A stretch of DNA of 64,000 nucleotides from Squalus acanthias (lineage: Eukaryota). The position numbers and the translations under genes were made by a program. Shown in pieces: positions 1 to 12,249 of the stretch. The number at the start of each line of letters is the position of its first letter. Within the stretch, counting starts at the first letter, position 1. The stretch covers positions 62,001-126,000 of the forward strand of contig JASTWF010000361.1 of assembly GCA_030390025.1 (NCBI GenBank), written 5' to 3'. Under the pieces are notes generated by a model. That model was not told where the DNA came from and made no database searches. It was given only the letters and a program-made list of their open reading frames with translations.

Positions 1-3000
1 GGATTTGTGTGTGAGGTTGTTGGGTGTGTACAGTGAGCTGTGGGATGTGTGTGAGGTTGTTGGGTGTGTACAGTGAGCTGTGGGATGTGTGTGAGGTTGT
101 TGGGTGTGTACAGTGAGCTGTGGGTTGTGTGTCAGGTTGTTAGGTGTGTCCAGTGAGCTGTGGTGTGTGTGTGAGTATGTTGGGCGTCTACAGTGAGCTG
201 TGGGGTGTGTGTGAGGTTCTTGGGTGTGTACAGTGAGCTGTGGGGTGTGTGTGAGGATGTTGGGTGTGTACTGTGAGCTGTGGTGTGTGTGTGAGGTTGT
301 TGGGTGAGTTCAGTGAGCTGTGGGGTGTGTGTGAGGTTGTTGGGTGTGTACAGTGAGCTGTCGGGGGTGTGTGAGGTTGTTGGGTGTGTACAGTGAGCTG
401 TGGGGTGTGTGTGAGGTTGTTGGGTGTGTGCAGTGAGCTGTGGGGTGTGTGTGAGGTTGTTGGGTGTGTACAGTGAGCTGTGGGGTGTGTGTGAGGTTAT
501 TGGGTGTGTACAGTGAGCTGTGGGGTGTGTGTGTGAGGTTGTTGTGTGTGTTCAGTGAGCTGTGGGTTGTGTGTGTGAGGTTGTTGTGTGTGTTCAGTGA
601 GCTGTGGGGTGTGTGTGAGGTTGTTGTTTGTGTGTACAGTGAGCTGTGGTGTTTCTGTGTGAGGTTGTTGGGTGTGTACAGTGAGCTGTGGAGTGTGTGA
701 GTCTGCTGTGTGTGTTCAGTGAGCGTTGGGGTGTGTGTGAGGTTGTTGTGTGTGTGTACGGTGAGCTGTGGGGTGTGTGTGGAGTTGTTAGGTGTGTACA
801 GTGAGCTGTGGGGTGTGTGTGAGGTTGTTGGGTGTGTACAGTGAGCTGTGGGGTTTCTGTGTGTGGTTGTTGGGTGTGTACAGTGACCTGTGGGGTGTGT
901 GTGAGGTTGTTGGGTGTGTACAGTGAGCTGTGGGGTTTCTGTTTGTGGCTGTTGGGTGTGTACAGTGACCTGTGCCGTGTCTGTGAGGTTGTTGTGTGTG
1001 TACAGTGAGCCGTGGGCTGTGTGTGAGGTTGTTGGGTGTGTACAGTGAGCTGTGGGGTGTGTGTGAGGTTGTTGGGTGTGTACAGTGAGCTGTGGGGTGT
1101 GTGTGAGGTTGTTGGGTGTGTCCAGTGAGCTGTGGGCTTTGTGTGCGGTTGTTGGGTGTGTACAGTGAGCTGTGGGATGTGTGTGTGATGTTGTTGGGTG
1201 TGTACAGTGAGCTGTGGGACGTGTGTGAGGTTGTCGGGCGTGTACAGTGAGCTGTGGGGTGTGTGTGAGGTTGTTGGGTGTGTACAGTGAGCTGTGGGGT
1301 GTGTGATGTTGGGTGTGTACAGTGAGCTGTGGGGTGTGTGTGAGGTTGTTGGGTGTGCACAGTGAGCTGTGGGATTTGTGTGTGAGGTTGTTGGGTGTGT
1401 ACAGTGAGCTGTGGGATGTGTGTGAGGTTGTTGGGTGTGTACAGTGAGCTGTGGGATGTGTGTGAGGTTGTTGGGTGTGTACAGTGAGCTGTGGGTTGTG
1501 TGTCAGGTTGTTAGGTGTGTCCAGTGAGCTGTGGTGTGTGTGTGAGTATGTTGGGCGTCTACAGTGAGCTGTGGGGTGTGTGTGAGGTTCTTGGGTGTGT
1601 ACAGTGAGCTGTGGGGTGTGTGTGAGGATGTTGGGTGTGTACTGTGAGCTGTGGTGTGTGTGTGAGGTTGTTGGGTGAGTTCAGTGAGCTGTGGGGTGTG
1701 TGTGAGGTTGTTGGGTGTGTACAGTGAGCTGTCGGGGGTGTGTGAGTTTGTTGGGTGTGTACAGTGTGCGGTGGGGTGTGTGTGAGGTTGTTGGGTGTGT
1801 ACAGTGAGCTGTGGGGTGTGTGTGAGGTTTTTGGGTGTGTACAGTGTGCGTTGGGGTGTGTGTGAGGTTGTTGGGTGTGTACAGTGAGCTGTGGGGTGTG
1901 TGTGAGGTTGTTGGGTGTGTGCAGTGAGCTGTGGGGTGTGTGTGAGGTTGTTGGGTGTGTACAGTGAGCTGTGGGGTGTGTGTGAGGTTATTGGGTGTGT
2001 ACAGTGAGCTGTGGGGTGTGTGTGTGAGGTTGTTGTGTGTGTTCAGTGAGCTGTGGGTTGTGTGTGTGAGGTTGTTGTGTGTGTTCAGTGAGCTGTGGGG
2101 TGTGTGTGAGGTTGTTGTTTGTGTGTACAGTGAGCTGTGGTGTTTCTGTGTGAGGTTGTTGGGTGTGTACAGTGAGCTGTGGAGTGTGTGAGTCTGTTGT
2201 GTGTGTTCAGTGAGCGTTGGGGTGTGTGTGAGGTTGTTGTGTGTGTGTACAGTGAGCTGTGGGGTGTGTGTGGAGTTGTTAGGTGTGTACAGTGAGCTGT
2301 GGGGTGTGTGTGAGGTTGTTGGGTGTGTACAGTGAGCTGTGGGGTTTCTGTGTGTGGTTGTTGGGTGTGTACAGTGACCTGTGGGGTGTGTGTGAGGTTG
2401 TTGGGTGTGTACAGTGAGCTGTGGGGTTTCTGTTTGTGGCTGTTGGGTGTGTACAGTGACCTGTGCCGTGTCTGTGAGGTTGTTGTGTGTGTACAGTGAG
2501 CTGTGGGGTGTGTGTGAGGTTGTTGGGTGTGTACAGTGAGCTGTGGGGTGTGTGTGAGGTTGTTGGGTGTGTACAGTGAGCTGTGGGCTTTGTGTGCGGT
2601 TGTTGGGTGTGCACAGTGAGCTGTGGGATGTGTGTGTGATGTTGTTGGGTGTGTACAGTGAGCTGTGGGGTGTGTGTGTGAGGTTGTTGGGTGTGTACAG
2701 TGAGCCGTGGGCTGTGTGTGAGGTTGTTGGGTGTGTACAGTGAGCTGTGGGGTGTGTGTGAGGTTGTTGGGTGTGTACAGTGAGCTGTGGGGTGTGTGTG
2801 AGGTTGTTGGGTGTGTCCAGTGAGCTGTGGGCTTTGTGTGCGGTTGTTGGGTGTGCACAGTGAGCTGTGGGATGTGTGTGTGAGGTTGTTGGGTGTGTAC
2901 AGTGAGCTGTGGGGTGTGTGTCAGGTTGTTGGGCGTGTACAGTGAGCTGTGGGGTGTGTGTGAGGTTGTTGGGTGTGTACAGTGAGCTGTGGGGTGTGTG

Positions 3001-6000
3001 ATGTTGGGTGTGTACAGTGAGCTGTGTGGTGTGTGTGAGGTTGTTGGGTGTGCACAGTGAGCTGTGGGATGTGTGTGTGAGGTTGTTGGGTGTGTACAGT
3101 GAGCTGTGGGATGTGTGTGAGGTTGTTGGGTGTGTACAGTGAGCTGTGGGATGTGTGTGAGGTTGTTGGGTGTGTACAGTGAGCTGTGGGTTGTGTGTCA
3201 GGTTGTTAGGTGTGTCCAGTGAGCTGTGGTGTGTGTGTGAGTATGTTGGGCGTCTACAGTGAGCTGTGGGGTGTGTGTGAGGTTCTTGGGTGTGTACAGT
3301 GAGCTGTGGGGTGTGTGTGAGGTTCTTGGGTGTGTACAGTGAGCTGTGGGGTGTGTGTGAGGTTCTTGGGTGTGTACAGTGAGCTGTGGGGTGTGTGTGA
3401 GGATGTTGGGTGTGTACAGTGAGCTGTGGTGTGTGTGTGAGGTTGTTGGGTGAGTTCAGTGAGCTGTGGGGTGTGTGTGATGTTGTTGGGTGTGTACAGT
3501 GAGCTGTGGGGTGTGTGTGAGGTTGTTCGTGTGCACAGTGAGCTGTGGGATGTGTGTGTGAGGTTGTTGGGTGTGTACAGTGAGCTGTGGGGTGTGAGTC
3601 AGGTTGTTGGGTGTGTACAGTGAGCTGTGGGGTGTGTGATGTTGTTGGGTGTGTACAGTGAGCTGTGGGGTGTGTGTGATGTTGTTGGGTGTGTACAGTG
3701 AGCTGTGGGTTGTGTGTGTGATTGTTGGGTGTGTACAGTGAGCTGTGGGGTGTGTGTGATGATATTGGGTGTGTACAGTGAGCTGTGGGGTGTGTGTGAG
3801 GTTGTTGGGTGTGTACAGTGAGCTGTGGGGTGTGTGTGAGGTTGTTGGGTGTGTACAGTGTGCGGTGGGGTGTGTGTGAGGTTGTTGGGTGTGTACAGTG
3901 AGCTGTGGGGTGTGTGTGAGGTTGTTGGGTGTGAGCAGTGAGCTGTGGGGTGTGTGTGAGGTTGTTGGGTGTGTACAGTGAGCTGTGGGGTGTGTGTGAG
4001 GTTGTTGGGTGTGTACAGTGAGCTGTGGGGTGTGTGTGAGGTTATTGGGTGTGTACAGTGAGCTGTGGGGTGTGTGTGAGGTTGTTGGGTGTGTACAGTG
4101 AGCTGTGGGGTGTGTGTGAGGTTATTGGGTGTGTACAGTGAGCTGTGGGGTGTGTGTGAGGTTGTTGGGTGTGTACAGTGAGCTGTGGGGTGTGTGTGAG
4201 GTTGTTGGGTGTGTACAGTGAGCTGTGGGTTGTGTGTGTGAGGTTGTTGTGTGTGTTCAGTGAGCTGTGGGGTGTGTGTGAGGTTGTTGTGTGTGTGTAC
4301 AGTGAGCTGTGGTGTGTGTGTGAGGTTGTTGGGTGTGAGCAGTGAGCTGTGGGGTGTGTGTGAATATGTTCGTGTGCACAGTGAGCTGTGGGATGTGTGT
4401 GTGAGGTTGTTGGGAGTGTACAGTGAGCTGTGGGGTGTGTGTGAGGTTGTTGGGTGTGTACAGTGAGCTGTGGGGTGTGTGTGAGGTTATTGGGTGTGTA
4501 CAGTGAGCTGTGGGGTGTGTGTGAGGTGGTTGGGTGTGTACAGTGAGCTGTGGGGTGTGTGTGAGGTTGTTGGGTGTGTACAGTGAGCTGTGGGTTGTGT
4601 GTGTGAGGTTGTTGTGTGTGTTCAGTGAGCTGTGGGGTGTGTGTGAGGTTGTTGTGTGTGTGTACAGTGAGCTGTGGAGTGTGTGTGAGGTTGTTGTGTG
4701 TGTTCAGTGAGCTGTGGGGTGTGTGTGAGGTTGTTGTGTGTGTGTACAGTGAGCTGTGGGGTGTGTGTGAGGTTGTTGGGTGTGTACAGTGAGCTGTGGT
4801 GTTTCTGTGTGAGGTTGTTGAGTTGTGTACAGTGAGCTGTGGGGTGTGTGTGAGGTTGTTGGGAGTGTTCAGTGAGCTGTGGGGTGTGTGTGAGGTTGTT
4901 GGGTGTGTACAGTGAGCTGTCGGGGGTGTGTGAGTTTGTTGGGTGTGTACAGTGTGCGGTGGGGTGTGTGTGAGGTTGTTGGGTGTGTACAGTGAGCTGT
5001 GGGGTGTGTGTGATGTTTTTGGGTGTGTACAGTGTGCGGTGGGGTGTGTGTGAGGTTGTTGGGTGTGTACAGTGAGCTGTGGGGTGTGTGTGAGGTTGTT
5101 GGGTGTGTACAGTGAGCTGTGGGGTGTGTGTGAGGTTGTTGGGTGTGTACAGTGAGCTGTGGGGTGTGTTTGAGGTTATTGGGTGTGTACAGTGAGCTGT
5201 GGGGTGTGTGTGAGGTTATTGGGTGTGTACAGTGAGCTGTGGGGTGTGTGTGAGGTTGTTGGGTGTGTACAGTGAGCTGTGGGGTGTGTGTGAGGTTGTT
5301 GGGTGTGTACAGTGAGCTGTGGGGTGTGTTTGAGGTTATTGGGTGTGTACAGTGAGCTGTGGGGTGGGTGTGAGGTTGTTGGGAGTGTACAGTGAGCTGC
5401 GGGGTGTGTTTGAGGTTATTGGGTGTGTACAGTGAGCTGTGGGGTGTGTGTGAGGTTGTTAGGTGTGTACAGTGAGCTGTGGGGTGTGTGTGTGAGGTTG
5501 TTGGGTGTGTACAGTGTGCTGTGGGCTGTGTGTGAGGTTGTTGGGTGTGTACCATGAGCTGTGGGGTGTGTGTGAGGTTGTTGGGTGTGTACTGTGAGCT
5601 GTGGGGTGGGTGTGAGTTTGTTGGGAGTGTACAGTGAGTTGTGGGGTTTCTGTGTGTGGTTGTTGGGTGTGTACAGTGACCTGTGGGGTGTGTGTGAGGT
5701 TGTTGGGTGTGTACAGTGAGCTGTGGGGTTTCTGTTTGTGGTTGTTGGGTGTGTACAGTGACCTGTGCCGTGTCTGTGAGGTTGTTGTGTGTGTACAGTG
5801 AGCTGTGGGATGTGTGTGAGGTTGTCGGGCGTGTACAGTGAGCTGTGGGCTGTGTGTGAGGTTGTTGTGTGTGTACAGTGAGCTGTGGAATGTGTGTGAG
5901 GTTGTCGGGCGTGTACAGTGAGCTGTGGGGTGTGTGTGAGGTTGTTCGTGTGCACAGTGAGCTGTGGGATGTGTGTGTGAGGTTGTTGGGTGTGTACAGT

Positions 6001-9000
6001 GAGCTGTGGGGTGTGTGTCAGGTTGTTGGCTTTGTACAGTGAGCTGTGGGGTGTGTGATGTTGTTGGGTGTGTACAGTGAGCTGTGGGGTGTGTGTGATG
6101 TTGTTGGGTGTGTACAGTGAGCTGTGGGTTGTGTGTGTGATTGTTGGGTGTGTACAGTGAGCTGTGGGGTGTGTGTGATGATATTGGGTGTGTACAGTGA
6201 GCTGTGGGGTGTGTGTGAGGTTGTTGGGTGTGTACAGTGAGCTGTGGGGTGAGTGTGAGGTTCTTGGGTGTGTACAGTGAGCTGTGGGGTGTGTGTGAGG
6301 TTGTTGGGTGTGTACAGTGAGCTGTGGGGTCTCTGTGTGAGGTTGTTGGGAGTGTACAGTGAGCTGTGGGGTGTGTGTGAGGTTGTTGGGTGTGTACAGT
6401 GAGCTGTGGGGTGTGTGTGAGGTTGTTGGGTGTGTACAGTGAGCTGTGGGGTGTGTGTGAGGTTGTTGGGTGTGTACAGTGAGCTGTGGTGTGTGTGTGA
6501 GGTTGTTGGGTGTGAGCAGTGAGCTGTGGGGTGTGTGTGAATATGTTCGTGTGCACAGTGAGCTGTGGGATGTGTGTGTGAGGTTGTTGGGTGTGTACAG
6601 TGAGCTGTGGGGTGTGTGTGAGGTTGTTGGGTGTGTACAGTGAGCTGTGGTGGTTCTGTGTGAGGTTGTTGAGTTGTGTACAGTGAGCTGTGGGGTGTGT
6701 GTGAGGTTGTTGGGAGTGTACAGTGAGCTGTGGGGTGTGTGTGTGAGGTTGTTGGGTGTGTAGAGTGAGCTGTGGGGTGTGTGTGAGGTTGTTGGGTGTG
6801 TACAGTGAGCTGTGGGTGTGTGTGAGGTTGTTGGGTGTGTACAGTGAGCTGTCGGGGGTGTGTGAGTTTGTTGGGTGTGTACAGTGTGCGGTGGGGTGTG
6901 TGTGAGGTTGTTGGGTGTGTACAGTGAGCTGTGGGGTGTGTGTGATGTTTTTGGGTGTGTACAGTGTGCGGTGGGGTGTGTGTGAGGTTGTTGGGTGTGT
7001 ACAGTGAGCTGTGGGGTGTGTGTGAGGTTGTTGGGTGTGTACAGTGAGCTGTGGGGTGTGTGTGAGGTTGTTGGGTGTGTACAGTGAGCTGTGGGGTGTG
7101 TTTGAGGTTATTGGGTGTGTACAGTGAGCTGTGGGGTGTGTGTGAGGTTATTGGGTGTGTACAGTGAGCTGTGGGGTGTGTGTGAGGTTGTTGGGTGTGT
7201 ACAGTGAGCTGTGGGGTGTGTGTGAGGTTGTTGGGTGTGTACAGTGAGCTGTGGGGTGTGTTTGAGGTTATTGGTTGTGTACAGTGAGCTGTGGGGTGGG
7301 TGTGAGGTTGTTGGGAGTGTACAGTGAGCTGCGGGGTGTGTTTGAGGTTATTGGGTGTGTACAGTGAGCTGTGGGGTGTGTGTGAGGTTGTTAGGTGTGT
7401 ACAGTGAGCTGTGGGGTGTGTGTGTGAGGTTGTTGGGTGTGTACAGTGTGCTGTGGGCTGTGTGTGAGGTTGTTGGGTGTGTACCATGAGCTGTGGGGTG
7501 TGTGTGAGGTTGTTGGGTGTGTACAGTGAGCTGTGGGGTGTGTGTGAGTTTGGTGGGAGTGTACAGTGAGCTGTGGGGTTTCTGTGTGTGGTTGTTGGGT
7601 GTGTACAGTGACCTGTGGGGTGTGTGTGAGGTTGTTGGGTGTGTACAGTGAGCTGTGGGGTTTCTGTTTGTGGTTGTTGGGTGTGTACAGTGACCTGTGC
7701 CGTGTCTGTGAGGTTGTTGTGTGTGTACAGTGAGCTGTGGGATGTGTGTGAGGTTGTCGGGCGTGTACAGTGAGCTGTGGGCTGTGTGTGAGGTTGTTGG
7801 GTGTGTACAGTGAGCTGTGGAATGTGTGTGAGGTTGTCGGGCGTGTACAGTGAGCTGTGGGGTGTGTGTGAGGTTGTTCGTGTGCACAGTGAGCTGTGGG
7901 ATGTGTGTGTGAGGTTGTTGGGTGTGTACAGTGAGCTGTGGGGTGTGTGTCAGGTTGTTGGGTTTGTACAGTGAGCTGTGGGGTGTGTGATGTTGTTGGG
8001 TGTGTACAGTGAGCTGTGGGGTGTGTGTGATGTTGTTGGGTGTGTACAGTGAGCTGTGGGGTGTGTGATGTTGTTGGGTGTGTACAGTGAGCTGTGGGGT
8101 GAGTGTGAGGTTCTTGGGTGTGTACAGTGAGCTGTGGGGTGTGTGTGAGGTTGTTGGGTGTGTACAGTGAGCTGTGGGGTCTCTGTGTGAGGTTGTTGGG
8201 AGTGTACAGTGAGCTGTGGGGTGTGTGTGAGGTTGTTGGGTGTGTACAGTGAGCTGTGGGGTGTGTGTGAGGTTGTTGGGTGTGTACAGTGAGCTGTGGG
8301 GTGTGTGTGAGGTTGTTCAGTGTGTACAGTGAGCTGTGGTGTGTGTGTGAGGTTGTTGGGTGTGAGCAGTGAGCTGTGGGGTGTGTGTGAATATGTTCGT
8401 GTGCACAGTGAGCTGTGGGATGTGTGTGTGAGGTTGTTGGGTGTGTACAGTGAGCTGTGGGGTGTGTGTCAGGTTGTTGGGTTTGTACAGTGAGCTGTGG
8501 GGTGTGTGATGTTGTTGGGTGTGTACAGTGAGCTGTGGGGTGTGTGTGAGGTTGTTGGGTGTGTACAGTGAGCTGTGGGTTGTGTGTGTGAGGTTGTTGT
8601 GTGTGTTCAATGAGCTGTGGGTTGTGTGTGTGAGGTTGTTGTGTGTGTTCAGTGAGCTGTGGGGCGTGTGTGAGGTTGTTGTGTGTGTGTACAGTGAGCT
8701 GTGGTGTTTCTGTGTGAGGTTGTTGGGTGTGTACAGTGAGCTGTGGTGGGGTGTGTGAGGTTGTTGTGTGTGTACAGTGAGCTGTGGTGTTTCTGTGTGA
8801 GGTTGTTGAGTTGTGTACAGTGAGCTGTGGGGTGTGTGTGAGGTTCTTGGGTGTGTTCAGTGAGCTGTGGGGTGTGTGTGAGGTTGTTGGGCGTGTACAG
8901 TGAGCTGTGGGGTGTGTGTCAGGTTGTCGGGTGTGTACAGTGAGCTGTGGGGTGTGTGTGAGGTTGTTGGGCGTGTACAGTGAGCTGTGGGGTGTGTGTC

Positions 9001-9467
9001 AGGTTGTCGGTTGTGTACAGTGAGCTGTGGGGTGTGTGTGCAGTTGTTGGGCATGTACAGTGAGCTGTGGGGTATGTGTGAGGTTGTCAGGTGTGTACAG
9101 TGAGCTGTGGGGTGTGTGTGAGGTTGTTGGGTGTGTACAGTGAGCTGTGGGGTGTGTGTGAGGTTGTTGTGTGTGTACAGTGAGCTGTGGGGTGTGTGTG
9201 AGGTTGTTGGGCGTGTACAGTGAGCTGTGGGGTGTGTGTGAGGTTGTCAGGTGTGTACAGTGAGCTGTGGGGTGTGTGTGAGGTTGTTGGGTTTGTACAG
9301 TGAGCAGTGGGGTGTGTGTGAGGTTGTTGTGTGTGTACAGTGAGCTGTGGTGTGTGTGTGAGGTTGTTGTGTGTGTACAGTGAGCTGTGGGGTGTGTGTG
9401 AGGTCGTTGTGTGTGTGTACAGTGAGCTGTGTGGTGTGTGTGAGGTTGTTGGGTGTGTACAGTGAGC
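1..9467. repeat. 40-bp G/T-rich tandem satellite (consensus GTGTACAGTGAGCTGTGGGGTGTGTGTGAGGTTGTTGGGT); runs off the left edge
   Basis: Direct 40-bp periodicity with 38-44 bp variants from GT slippage; array ends abruptly at ...AGTGAGCCATGGGG (~9467). The His/Thr/Pro-rich ORFs here are translations of the repeat. Confidence 0.98.
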
Positions 9468-9749
9468 CATGGGGTTTCTATGTGATTATCCATTCTTACT
9501 CCGATCGCTATGGCTGACAGCACAGAGGGAATGGAATGAAGCTTGAATAAATTATTCTGTTTCCCTGTGTGGCTTCCCATGGAGAATATTTAGTGATCGA
9601 GAATGTTTTGTTGACATTTTGGCTTCTCCTTGTAGCCAGGCAATGGCTCTGCCCGGGCAGCGTATGTGTGGTTAGCAGCTCTGGTTAAATGCTTCTTAGT
9701 GACAGTCTCATTAGTGATAAATTCCTCCTAATTAACCCCACTCTTGGAT

Positions 9750-10319
9750 TCATAGAATAGTACAGAACAGAAGACCATTCGGCCCCCCGAGCTCTTTCGA
9801 ATTGCAGTCCAGTTGGCCCCGCTCCCCGGCTCCTTCCCAATATCACTGCATTTTTGACTCTTTTAAGTATTTATCCAATTCCCTTTTGAAAGCTACTATT
9901 GAATTTGTATTGACCACCCCATCAGGCAGTGCAACCACTCGTTGCGTAAAAAAGTTTTCCCTCATGTCGTCCCTTGTTCTTTTGCTAATCACCTTAACTC
10001 TGTGTCCTCTGGTTATCGACTCTTCAGCCATTGAGAACAGTTTCTCTTTATTTGCTCTATCTGAACTCTTCATGATTTTAAACATCTCTATCAAGTCTCC
10101 TCTTAGCCTTCTCTTCTCTGAGGAGAACAATCCCAGCTTCTCCAGTCTATCCACATAACTGTAATCCCTCGTCCTTGGAGCCAGACTAGGAAATCTCTTC
10201 TGAACCCTTTCCAAAGCCTTCCTAAAGTTTAGTCCCCAGAATTGGACACAATTCTCCTGCTGGGGCTGAACTCGTGTTTTATAAAGGTTTACCATCACTT
10301 CCTGGCTTTTGTTCTCTCT
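9750..10319 (-). mobile_element. CR1 LINE 3' fragment (ORF2 C-terminus and 3' end); continues at 11049-11135
   Basis: ORF 9843..10364 carries CR1 motifs LERVQKRF, LGLFSSEKRRLRGDLIE, NFFTQRVV; CR1-like sequence resumes after the GC-rich insert (cctctatttctaaagcccaggatccc). Confidence 0.9.
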
Positions 10320-11048
10320 GGGGGAGAAACTCGGTCTCGCCCCGTTTGTGGCGCTAACTTTCAAAAGTTGAAAAAATTAGCGACAGGCACTAATGCTTTT
10401 CAACTTTTAAAAAATGGGGTTTTGTGCTCCAGGAAGGAAGTGGAACACTAAATCAAGCGTCCACTTCCTGCCTGGAGCGCAGCAGGCAGCAGGCAGGGCA
10501 GTCGGTGTGCAGCACTGCCGTGATGGAAGGCTCCTTCCCTCCCTTAAAGGGAAGGGTCATCGCTCAGGCTCTGCAAGAAAACGAATCCCCTGATCACCAG
10601 TGGCACCTCCGATCAGCGCCGATCAGCCCCAAGCTCTCTAACAGAGTGCAGGGCTGATCAAGTGCGCCCCCTGAAAAACAGAACAAAAAGCACAGAGTCT
10701 TGATGAAACATTTTTCGCCTTTCATCAATCCCTTTAACTCCCGCTCCCCAAGCGGCCCTCCACGGTGACAGCGCCTCCTGCAGCTGTCGGTGTTGACGCC
10801 CGGCGATGCTGCAGGGGATGGAAGCCAAGTTCACATCCGGGGCGGTACCGGGGCGCTGCGCACCGGATGACGTCACGATCTCCGGAACGCAAGAGATTGT
10901 GCCGCTAGGGTTTACCGCCACCGCTAACCTGCAGGAGAAGTTCGCGGGTGTCAGTACTCTCACCGCGCCCGGTCGCAATGCCGGTAGCGCCCCGTTAACG
11001 CCCCCCGGAGGCTCTAATGGGAGGCACAAAGGAGGCCAATTTCTACCC
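10320..11048. mobile_element. Non-autonomous DNA transposon/MITE-like insert with imperfect TIRs (possibly PIF/Harbinger-like)
   Basis: Left end GGGGGAGAAACTCGGTC vs right end reverse complement GGGTAGAAATTGGCC; candidate 3-bp TSD TCT (10317-10319 / 11049-11051); interrupts a CR1 fragment; GC-rich interior with no credible ORF. Confidence 0.55.
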
Positions 11049-11149
11049 TCTACCTCTATTTCTAAAGCCCAGGATCCCACATGCTTTATTAACTGCTTTG
11101 TTAACCTGTCCTGCCACCTTCAAAGATTTGTGCACAAACACCCATAGTC

Positions 11150-12092
11150 TGGTAAATAGAGGCAGGGCAGGGCAGCTCAGTCCTGTGATCTACACATCCT
11201 GTGCCATGTGGGATATCCTGCGGCCTGGACGACCACGTGTGCAGGAAGTGTCGCCAACTGCAGCAACTCGAGATTTCGGAGCTTGAGCGGCAGCAGGAGT
11301 CACTACAGTGCATCCGTGAGGCTAGGAAATACTTGGATCATGTTTCTAGAAGTGGTCACCCCGCAGCCTCGGAATGTGCAGGAAGAGAGGGAATGGGAGA
11401 CCACCAGACAGAGAAGGAGGACCAGGCAGGTAGGGCAGGAATCCCCAGAGTGCAACTCGCTCGCTCACCGGTTCACAGCTCTGGAAACTGGTGGGGGTGA
11501 TGGCTCCTCTGGGGAGAGCAGCCAGAGCCAAGGCCACGGCACCACGGGTGGCTCAGCTGCACAGGGCGGGAGGAAGAAGAGTGGAAGAGCAATAGTGATA
11601 GGGGAATCATTGGTGAGGGGAACAGACAGGCGTTTCTGCGGCTGTAGACATGACTCCAGGATGGTATGTTGCTTGCCTGGTGCCAGGGTCATGGATGTCA
11701 CTGAGCATCTGCAGGACACTCTGAGGGGGGAGGGTGAACAGCCAGAGGTCATTGTCCATATCGGTACCAACGATATAGGCAGAAAGAGGGATGAGGTTCT
11801 GCAGGCAGACTATAGGGAGCTCGGAAAAAGATTAAAAAGCAGGACATCAAAGGTAGTAATTTCTGGATTACTCCCGGTGCCACGTGCTAGTGAGTACAGG
11901 AATAGGAAGATAGAATAGGTGAATGTGTGGCTGGAGAGATGGTGCAGGAGGAAGGGCTTTAGATTCCTGAGGCATTGCGACTGTTTCTGGGGAAGGTGGG
12001 ACCTGTACAAGCCGGACGGATTACACCTCAACAGAGCCGGGACCAATATTCTTGCGGGGAGGTTTGCTAGTGCTGTTGGGGAGGGTTTAAAC
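11150..12092 (+). pseudogene. CR1 LINE ORF1 remnant (Cys-rich N-terminus plus SGNH/GDSL esterase-like domain), frameshifted and stop-interrupted
   Basis: ORF 11208..11918 has AIVIGESLVRG, VCCLPGARV, VHIGTNDIG, VVISGLLPVP; upstream CRKC in another frame. Confidence 0.85.
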
Positions 12093-12249
12093 TAGCTTGA
12101 CAGGGGGATGGGCACTAGCATGTAGGAGTGGAGGGGAGGAATGGGGTGCATGGAAGAGTGAGTGTGTTGGATGGTACTGGAGGGGAAGGTAGTGCTGGAG
12201 GCGGAAGTAGTACCATCTTAGATAGGAGTAGACTAAGACTACGAAAAAT

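Noticed and set aside
1358..1400. RSS heptamer CACAGTG in some satellite units
   Set aside because: No nonamer at 12/23 spacing and no V/D/J segments; it is a one-base variant of TACAGTG.
464..9580. Long His/Thr/Pro-rich and Cys/Val-rich ORFs
   Set aside because: Translations of the stop-poor satellite; multiple overlapping frames; no splice or promoter evidence.
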